A stretch of 62,557 bases of DNA, the filler included, from Bipalium vagum (lineage: Eukaryota), in NCBI GenBank assembly GCA_037834085.1. It is 3 parts of 3 records of this genome, joined end to end, with 100 filler letters (N's around TTAATTAATTAA, not from the genome) between each part and the next. Parts side by side here need not be neighbours in the genome. Positions count along the whole stretch, not along the records: positions 1 to 29,751 come from JBBMKC010017121.1; 2 more parts are not named here. One strand, written 5' to 3'. The notes beneath the pieces were generated by a model. That model had not been told where the DNA came from and did no database searches. It was given only the letters and a program-made list of their open reading frames with translations. Position numbers and translations under genes: made by a program. Shown piece by piece: positions 1 to 9,800 of the stretch; position 1 is the stretch's first letter; the number at the start of each line of letters is the position of its first letter.

Positions 1-165
1 GTGGCTCAAAAAAATTCGTAATAAACGACTTTTCGGATTAACCGATTTCGGAATAACCGGTATAAAACCACGTAATTTTTCACCTAGGCGCCATTGCCAC
101 AATTATTTTTCGTAATAACCGATTTTTTGTAATATCCGGATTCGTAATAACCGGACTAAACTGTA
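1..165. mobile_element. Right end of a TA-targeting (pogo/Tc1-like) DNA transposon or MITE with subterminal repeats
   Basis: Five copies of TTCG(T/G)A(A/T)TAA(C/A)CG at ~17, 33, 47, 109 and 141. They end in ...GGACTAAACTG|TA (reverse complement TA|CAGT..., a pogo/Tc1-like terminus). The other end is outside the window. Confidence 0.5.
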
Positions 166-184
166 TAACAAAGTTTATTTCTGC

Positions 185-345
185 TATGCAACATTGTGGA
201 AAGTTATGATTCAGTATTTTATTATGGGAGAAACTGTTGGAGAAACTTATTGCATACTTTGCCAAATTTATGGGGATCATACAATATCTCAGGCTACTGT
301 GAGCGTTTGCTTATGCGTTTCAAAAGTGATGATTTCAGTGTGCAA
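185..345 (+). pseudogene. mariner transposase N-terminal HTH relic
   Basis: VMIQYFIMGETVGETYCILCQIYGDHTISQAT, then after a frameshift CERLLMRFKSDDFSV. This matches the mariner HTH (YG..A.S..TC..WF.RFKSGDF). Same family as the minus-strand copy at ~10040-10280. Confidence 0.75.
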
Positions 346-612
346 TTTCATAAACTTATGCCAAAACATATATATAACTAGGAATAGCTGTGGAATAATC
401 AGGATATTAAAGACATTGAAATCCATCTTCTAAAAATTTATCGATTCATTGAATTTGTTCGAATCAAAATTAATTTTCGACAAAAATCTTTCATAATTTA
501 TTTTGAGAATAACTGTTTTTTTTAAAACCTTTGTTTTCATAATGTTCATCTTCGTTTCATTTATCAGAAGTATATACAAAATTTTCTCAAATATTATTAT
601 AATACAAAATTT

Positions 613-1195
613 TTTTGGTCTTGCCAAAGACACAAACCGTAATGATTGTAATAATATTAACAATATTAATTTTAAAAAAATTTATATTTTCGAAAAATTA
701 CAAAAATATATATCAAAATCTCAAGTTAGAATTTATAGGCTTTTGGAGGAATTAGCCGTCTCAAAGCGTAGGGATTGGAGATCGTAAACCAATCTCTACG
801 ACTATATAAAGAGACGGCTATTTCCAGAATAATTAGCAAGAAATTTCTGTTTTAAAGATTTGTTTGCCGTTTCAAAGGAAGATTTGTTTTTAGACTAAGA
901 TAATATATTTTATTTTTATTCATTTGTTGATATTTGGCGGGCAATGGAACATTTTGACTTTGTACTTATTAGACATTTGACTAATATTGATTCTGCGGAT
1001 GATTGAGATTTCTGTGTAAAGGTACAGCTTTGCGTATCAATAAAGGTTTATTGTAATTGTTTTTGATTTAATTAGGATGCGCATAAAGTTTTATTGTGCG
1101 GTTGTGATTCAATTGAGTTTAAATTTGTATAACGGTAAAAGAAAAGCGAACAAAACATTGTTGAGTGAAGAGTTTTCAATTACTTGGTTAAGATA
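613..1195 (+). mobile_element. Solo-LTR-like repeat, family D (copy 1)
   Basis: 5' part aligns with 32071 onward (TGTTGGGTTTGCCAAA...AACCGT...ATATATCAAAAT) and shares ACCAATCTCTACGACTATATAAA (CCAAT+TATA) with it. 3' part (AATAAAG at ~1038 to ~1190) aligns with 24403-24575. No TSD found; boundaries approximate. Confidence 0.55.
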
Positions 1196-1529
1196 TAATA
1201 AAATATATATATTATTCTTAGATTATCTAGAAATTTAGAGGAAATCTGGAATTAGTTCAGACCCTATAAGTTCAAAATATTCTTCATAATATTCAAAATA
1301 TTCATTCATAACTTTAATATAGAACCATAAGACGTATTTTGAAAATCATGAATAAATTTTTTTAATTTTACTAAATATTACTGATAACACATCTTTTTTA
1401 TGATTTACAGTAAATATTTTTTTCTCTTATAAAAGGTAAAATATTATATCATTAAAATGCAATAAATATTTGAATCAGGGTTTTTTTGACCGAGTAACAC
1501 ATAATTTTCTTAAAAACAAAAGCAAATAT

Positions 1530-1860
1530 TAAAAACATAAATACTTAAAAACAAACACAAAAAGATTTCTTGATTGAATATTTTGGCGCAACATCCATTC
1601 ATTTAGACATGATTCCAAGAGATCACCATAGACGCTCTTGATTGACAAAAAACGCTCTTCAGTTTTCCCAAATCGATTCAATTCTTTATGTGTGAGCACC
1701 AGTCTCCCTGTCAACAAAATTCATCTTGTGGTTGATAGTTCGACAAACATAATTTTCATCTTTAGGCAGCTGGAAATAGGCTCTCCTTTCATCACTCATT
1801 ATAACGGAGCCACACTTGCTTAAGTCCGCCCATTTTTTGGAGTTTTTCAAAAAATCTCAC
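1530..1860 (-). pseudogene. Merlin/IS1595(ISXO2)-type DDE transposase relic
   Basis: Minus strand reads GSVIMSDERRAYFQL...YVCRTINHKMNFVDRETGAHT*RIESIW, then LLESCLNEWMLR. This matches the Merlin motif SD.W.AY...VNH..NFVDP.TG.HTQ.IE..W...YL.E...R. Contains a stop and a frameshift. Confidence 0.8.
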
Positions 1861-2376
1861 ATTTTTTCCTCATTTCTGCATAAAAATTAATAACGACAAC
1901 TTTTGAAACGCATGTGTCTTCAATGGCTAACTTTTGTGATAGACACATTTATTTACGGGTATTTTGAAATTTCAAAAAAGGATTTTCCTCTAATAGAAAA
2001 ATATCTACTGTAATTTATCCAATTTTTCGTGTAGCAGTGCCATGAAACACAATTAGTGTGCACAATGATATGCATGCCTTGAATATCGTGCCACAACTAT
2101 CACATTTATCTAAAATTATTAATATTATTATAAATTATCTGATAATAATGATAGGCAACTTTCTCTTTAAAAACATAATTGCATTAGATGAAACGCCTTT
2201 CACTATGCTGTTTATTAATTTAATATCCATTTCTTTATTATCAACGTGAAAAAATTGAGTATTTATATATATAGAAAGATCTGTAAAAAAATTTGATGTA
2301 ACAGATTGGTCAAAAAAGAGACTTGATGGTCATTTTAGTCCAAAAAATATGATCCTTATTTTATCAAATACAATAG

Positions 2377-2799
2377 TGTAACGGTCTAGATCGCAAGCTA
2401 AGAGATCTATATCTGGGCTCACTAACTCCCTCGAAGGAAAGATAAATAATAGAAAATTCACGAATAAACAAAGCGATTAACAACATAAGGTATATTTGTT
2501 ATCACAAATTCAAGGTTGGAAATCTAATACACAATCAATTAATATTCAAAAATACAAACAATACATAATTAATAAAATTATGTATTGACTTTAAGATAGT
2601 CGCAGAAGTCATGATATAAAAAATGCGTGTTCTATCGCATAGAGCGAAGCAGAATCAAATTAGCGAAAGAACTATAAAAAGAACAGAGACTATTAAAAGG
2701 TTAATGATAAGAAGAATTTTCGTTTATCACTAAAAAAATGTTAATTAATTATTTACTTAAGTATATCTAAACCGGTAAAACACTTTTGGAATTAATACA
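2377..2799 (-). mobile_element. LTR-like repeat, family B (copy 1)
   Basis: TGTAAC...AATACA termini. 2565-2799 is clearly homologous to 20047-20283 (shared TAGAGCGAAGCAGAATC and AAACACTTTTGGAATTAATACA). No TSD; the left boundary and orientation are inferred. Confidence 0.5.
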
Positions 2800-3878
2800 T
2801 ATTACTTACCTATTATTATCGGCTCCTGAAAAACTTTTTCGAATAGTTATCAAATCGTATTTTAATTTGCTAAACGCATTTTAAATGTGAAAACCAAGAG
2901 TTGATATATTCCTGTTTCCACAATCTAGAACTTCTCATTGGCTCTATTTTAACTTACTAAATATAAATTCGTGTATGGGTGGTTTCTTTTTAAGTAAGTT
3001 TTTCTTCCTAATAATAGAATTAGCGTAGGTATTTACAATTTTAGGTAAGTTTTAATATTATAAAACTTACTATATTTAGTAATCCTACTCACACATCATT
3101 TATTTATAAGAAATACTTTATTTCATAAATTTTGATAATAATAATTAATTATGTTGGTTAATATTTTAACTTCACTTTTTATATATTTTATTTCATTTTA
3201 TAATATTACAACATTATTATTTAATATTATTAAAATAAATTTATTAATTATCGTACAAAATACAAATTCACACTCATTTTTGAGAATTATTAAAATAAGA
3301 AAGTAGGCTTTACATAGCCTTTACATGAGCATCAAAATCAAATGTAAAATCAAATTCAAATGTTTCCAATGTCTATAATTAATTTCGGAGATCTGTCATC
3401 ACTTTCCATCGGCTTCTGAGATTCTTAGATATCCTCAACGGTTTTTGTAGTCTTTTTCTTTGAGATTTGTGTTGGATCTTTCTGGTTTTTTACCAATTCA
3501 ACTCTTGATCCCAACAGTAGTATTATTTTCAATTCATTTTTATAATTAAGTCAATGACAAGAAATTACTATAATTTTAATAATTGTCAAAAGAATTTTAT
3601 AAAATCAAAATAAACCATTGAATGATTGTTTACTTTAAATATTTTATGTTATAAAAAAATCACGGAATCTGTCCTGAAAAACGAAGTGAATTTCACACAT
3701 GGTACTGGTATATTAAAGAATATATTAGGTACCGTTCAATTATTGTAATTATTTATTAAATTACATTTTCAGTAATAATTCTTTTTATTATTTTTTTCAA
3801 AAATAAATTTGATATCACTAAAATATATTTGTTTAAATATATCTCAAGGTTAAGCGTAAAGTTAGAAGTTCTTTTGAT

Positions 3879-6800
3879 ATGAAAACGTTCGCTGAATGCT
3901 TTATATATTTCAATTCTTCTTTTCAACTCTTTGCCTGCTTCTTTTGCTTATTCCTGAGTTTGTATTACAATTTTAATGAAGTGAACAGCACACATTGTCG
4001 CGTAATATCTATTATTATCATTTAAAATTTAACATAAATTCAGGTTTATAACTTTTTACCATCATTTAGTGCAGCAATTGGAAATTATAATCTACAATTA
4101 ACGATTTGGAAATATATCACCGTTGTAGTATCTACTTTTCGTTTGTGTATTTTATATTTTGTATGGCTTTATTGGATGAAATCTTATCAAACCATTCACG
4201 ATGCCAAACTCAAGATAAAAGTTATGGCCTTCGTAAATTGTGTGGAAATATTGTCACTCATTACGCTGAGCATTTATTCTTCAACAGAATTTTATGGTAA
4301 TGTTTATCATTTTCAAAATCATTTAATTTTGCCTAGAAATTCACAAAACTAGTTTTTGCTTATTTCTATTATCGTCGATGTGCTTTCAACTTTTAAATAT
4401 ATATTTTCTTAGACGGTATCAAATCAAGGTTAGATTCAGCTTTTTTGCATGTCATTCATGAAATTTAAATATCAAACAAATAGTTTATTTTAATGTTTAC
4501 AAAGACTTAAAACGTACATTTCTATGGATACCCGAATAAAGGAAATGTTTTGGTTTTACATTTTACATTGAAAATTTATCCAAATTTTACTTAAAATGTT
4601 AATCCCATATTTTGAAGAGTTAAAATTAATATTTCTGCCAGAAATCTTTAAAAACTCAATTAATGAAATTGATTTTATTATCTGATTTAATAATTGAAAA
4701 AACAAACGTCATTCTCTTCAAAAAATTTATTGACAAGTTTTTGAACAATAATTAATCAAATCTTTTTGAAAATTTAATTTATAACCATAACTTAAATTTT
4801 TACAAATGAATCTTTCTCAAACTGAAAATAAAATCCAAATATTTATGATTTTTGATTAACGTTAATGTTTACAAATGACTTTAACAAATTTTTTTATTGA
4901 TCTTGGTAATAGTTTTAAGTATCTCAATTTCTTTTATACAAGCAAAAGCGTGTGGAACTTTTAAAAGCTGTGTTGGAATAATAAAATGGTAGCTCTACAT
5001 GATCACACGACCGAATATATTAATTAGAAAGCGTTGTATCGCTGTATGCATTTGTAAGAGATGGCACCACGATGCATCTGTTTCAACATGTAACTCTTCA
5101 GTTATTTGCATATACCAACAAAAACTAACATAATCTCTATTCAGTCGTCAGATTCATTACTTTTACCATTTCCCACAATAATGTAAATGCTTTGAATTTT
5201 TCTGTAAAAATCAATAATCTGAGAGGGGGTAGTCTCAAAAGAAGCTGGTCGTAATTGGCTTCAATGAGGTGCTCAAGTCGCTCATTTATCTCTTGATTTT
5301 AGTCCAAATGGATTAATTTTTAAGGATTTTTTTGGCCAAGAAAAATTTCTTTGTTGCGCCGGACATACCATCTCCTCGTGAAATTCTAGACCAAGAAGTT
5401 TCACAATGTCAGGGGCGATGATGAAAAAATGCTCCTTATGCCTTTGTTACTTTTCTCGAAATTCTTTCAATGATTACAAACCGACCATTTTTGTAATTTC
5501 CCCTTCTTTTTACCATTGTTTATTTTCAATATATTATGTCTAAAAGTGTTTACGGTTTTTACAAAGATGTTACAAATTTTGTATCAGATATTAAAGAATA
5601 AATACTAAAATATTTATTGATTAAATTGATTCTGTTTAAATAATATATCAATTATAAAATGTCAATGTAGTAGGTTGGTTGGAAATAAATGTCGTTTTTC
5701 AACGTTCAAACAGTTATAAATAAAGTTAAAAGAATATTTATTAATCGAAATAAGTACCACTAGTATTATTACATTTCTGCCAACGAGTTGCAAGATTATT
5801 TATTCCGGTAGCATAGTATTCCTGATTTCTGGAATCTACAAATTCGTTGAAGGCCTGTCGGATATCGTCGTGAATCTTGAACTGTCTGTCGCGTAAAAAC
5901 CTGCCGATATCTTTGAAAGTGGTAATTACACCCAAAGAATTGAATCGTTTTGGGGAAAATTGAAAACTTATCAATTTTTTATTTATTACATTTTTAAATC
6001 GAAAATTATTTGTTTATTTTTGGTTCTATTTTACTTTAACAACCCTGTGTTATAAGCAGACCAATCATGACACAGGGTTATTTTTAGATTTTGTAAAAAC
6101 ATTCAAGTCTATTGCATTCCACATTTTGAGATAAAATCTTTTTTCAAAGTTTAAATCGCAAATACTTCCATGAATATTTTTTATTTTAGATTTTGAAATT
6201 GAGTGCAATGTGGAATTCATGGCTATAAAAAAATATTGCCTTCTATAAATCTAAAAATAACCCTGGTCTGATTATAACACAGGGTTGTTAAAGTAAAATA
6301 GAACCTAATTTTTAAGCTTTGTTTTGACCTATCGATTACATCTAGTATCTTTTTTTACCGAGTCGGTGAAAAAACATGATCCAGATTCTTTTGGTCAATA
6401 CAATGAAAACTTATTCATACCACTAATAATATTAATGGTTTTGCTATACATCAACAATCATTACTCTTGTGGATTTGAAGGTCTCAAAAATTATTGATTG
6501 AGATTTAAAATAACAACTCCTGATCTTTTGTTTTTTATTACAGTCAGTTTGAGGGTTTTCTGCTTTTGTATTGAAACTCACAAAGCTTTACATCTATTAA
6601 AACATTACTAGATTTTTGATACTTTATAAATCTTATCAGATTTTGGAGTATTATCCAGTTATTTTTCTGATTTCAATTTCCATGTTATTCTCATTTCCAT
6701 TATTGTTGTGTACCCATTTAATATATCTGTTAATCAATTTAAAAGTTAACAGTAATGGCAATTTTAGGATTTTATCTTCATTTAGGAAAAAAGCCATTTC

Positions 6801-9800
6801 AGAATAAAACTATGCCAGATATATTTCTCAAGCATTTTATTGGCCTCCGCGGCGTTCATTATTCACAATTCTCTCTGTATAGATTACGGTAAGCTCTTAA
6901 ATGATAAATCATAGACGGCTGTGTCTATCTCTGTTGGTATTATCGGTAAATCAATATTGAACATTTTTACATTGAATAACATTAAAATTATCATTTTTAA
7001 AATTTTTTTGTCATTAATACCTTCATTTTATAATTTATAAAATCGACTTTCGATAATTTATTCAATTAATTTCAATTATTAATTTAATATTGTTAGTTGA
7101 AGAAATGACTATTTTGAAAAAAACCGAGGATTGTGGAAACCAATGGTACTGCTATTAGAAAGTGGAAGGGAAAATAATGTTTTGAGCAAAAAGATTAAAG
7201 AAGATTATTTAGTTTGAAATATCTTTGGAAATTTCCTATAATTAGAGACTGAATAGAAATAATGGATATTATATTAGAGTCAAGGAAATACGAGTTAAAG
7301 AGAAATGATTAAAACCAAGCACAACAATTATAATATCAACAATTATAAAGATATCAATCTCGAGACTATTCAAATTGCTCCAAAAAGTTCAAATATTACA
7401 AAGAAATTTCAAATTCTGAATAGTTTGATCACCTTTGGAAGTAAAAGGTGGTCATCAAAATTTGACATGAGTGGAACGAATATCAGTAATGATCTGCAAT
7501 ACATTCTCATCAATACAGCACATAGTGAGGTTCCACTCGTACGATTTTACTTTCCAAAATTAAAACAATGTATTAGAAATGAAGTTCGACTTTAAATCAC
7601 TTGTTGATGTCCTACATGACACGTAGAAATTGTTTTTACTTCTCTATTGGACAGGATATTTAAGAGAACGATTTAAAATGTTAAAATAAATAAAATAATA
7701 ATTTGAAAGTACAACGCGATTCTTTAACTTTATTTAACTTAACTTTATATTATTAGAATTGGTCAAAAGGTATACGGGATTTTGTCTCATATGTTATTTG
7801 ACGAGATGTTGTCATGTAGAATAATTATTTTACCGTGCCTTTTGGCTCATTCTGAACGTTTGGTTATCAAACATTGGCTCAGCTCCATTATTTGCTTTTG
7901 ATAGCTATCAGAATTAATAGTCTTTAATTAAAACCCTTCTGATCCCACCAAATGCAGAGTATTGATTTATTTCTAAAAAGATTTATGTGGCACCTATTTC
8001 ACTTCCTGTTAAATTTTGTCCATTGTGTTAAGATCCTAAGATGGGTTAGGTTGATGTTAAAGTGGGGCTTTCTGTGATACTTAGTCCTTAACGAGTGAAG
8101 ATTGCTTATTATGTGTTCGGTTGAAATAACTAAGAAAAAGCTTTGACTTTTAAATAATTTTATTTTATTCAAAATAAAGTTACAACTACGTTATATTGGT
8201 TCTGACTGATTTAAAGGGTTTAAAATGATTTTATTAATTATAATTATTATTTAGAAAAAATCCTCTCGCTCTTAGGCTCAGAGGTCCTCGATATAAGAAA
8301 AAAATATATACTTCACCACCCTGTTAGTTTGTGAAGTAAAAACAAATAAAAGAAAAAAGTAAAAATGGGAACTTAAAAGGTTATATAATCCTCGGGTCCT
8401 GGTCTGAGTATTTATTTACTTAGTTAGGAAAAACTGTGTCTTTTCTAACAAGACACCCTTGCTTAATAAAGGAGTGAAATATAATTATTTATTGAGGACG
8501 AGACTAGTCTTATAGCTAGTTTTATATTATATTATTGATATAGGTGTAAATTTAATAATAATAATAAAACTTTGTTACAAGAATGTAACAAGTATCAATA
8601 AAGGTGTACTTAATCGAATAATAGATTACTAAATCAATTTCTTTTCACCTAAACTTTTCTAATTGTTACGAGCAAAGTCAATGTTTGAAATACTTAAAAC
8701 TGACGACAAAATTTAAGATTAAGATAGTAATAATATTAAACGCTAGTTAAAATTTATTGAAATACTAAAACTTTGTTACAATGATGTAACAAGTTATCAA
8801 TTATGAAATTTACTTTATCAACAAAACAATGGTCATATATTGGTCCACTTGATCGTCGTAAGTTCCCTTTCTCTTCAGTGATTCAATGTTCTGCTTGCCT
8901 TTAGCTTAGTCGGGCTTTCGCATTCGTCCTGCCTTTAGCGTTGATCTTTGAGGTTTTCTATTCTCTCTTTTTATGCTCTTTCTTTTTTTTATTGTTGTCG
9001 ACCCTTTAAATAGTCAATATTCGTAGTCGAATTGGCGTTTGCAAGTCCTTCGTAACAATGGAATGTATTAGAGTCGTAGATATTGGTCGCTTTTTGACTG
9101 AGTTTGTTCTGTAGGTTTATACAGCTGATTGAGTTCAATCCGTGGGTTTGTGATTAGATGACTGAATAGTTTTCTGTAGTTTTTTGGTCTGTTCTAATTC
9201 GTTTGAATTCGCCTGCTTTAGATTCTTACAAACTTTTATTTTTTTGTTTCTGCCCTTCTTATAATTTCTGTTTGCTTTCCACTTCTTTTTTCCTTCTCTT
9301 CTATAATTAGTAAATTTCTCTTCCTTAATATAATTCTGTTATCCTTCTTTTTTTTCATTTTTTAATATAAAAATTCTGATCTGTTTTCCATTAATGGTAA
9401 CTTGATGTTACCTTATTATAAATTTTCTTAAAAAGTATTAATATTCACATAATAATAATAATAATAATTCTTACATGTTATAAATAAATAAATATAATCA
9501 CAACTAATATTAATGTTAATAATAGTTCATACTACTGTTATTATTATATTATCTTATTTATTATGATATTTCACTTCCTTTGGTTTATTATTTAATTATC
9601 GTTTTATTATTTATTATTTTAAATAAATCAGTCAAAATCGATTTCTATAATACATTTATTTTGAAATTATAAACAATAAAAAGGTCAATACACTGCCATA
9701 AATAATGTTAAACACTGTTACAGAGAATATTACACAATTAAAGATCAGTACATAATTGTCAAATATTATAAGGATCACATAATCATAAATATCGCATAAT

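Noticed and set aside
5040-5115. Minus-strand CTGAAGA..GAAAC hammerhead-like core
   Set aside because: Stem II does not pair and the cleavage-site pairing (GUH opposite AC) is absent. It may instead be a coding relic (ELHVETDAS).
6380-7600. Possible Penelope/non-LTR reverse transcriptase remnants (KRSGVVILN; also FLMGS near 44725)
   Set aside because: Too degenerate to support without a profile search.
8270-8290. GGCTCAGAGG as a tRNA A-box / SINE head
   Set aside because: No B-box or cloverleaf, and it lies within an LTR-like element.
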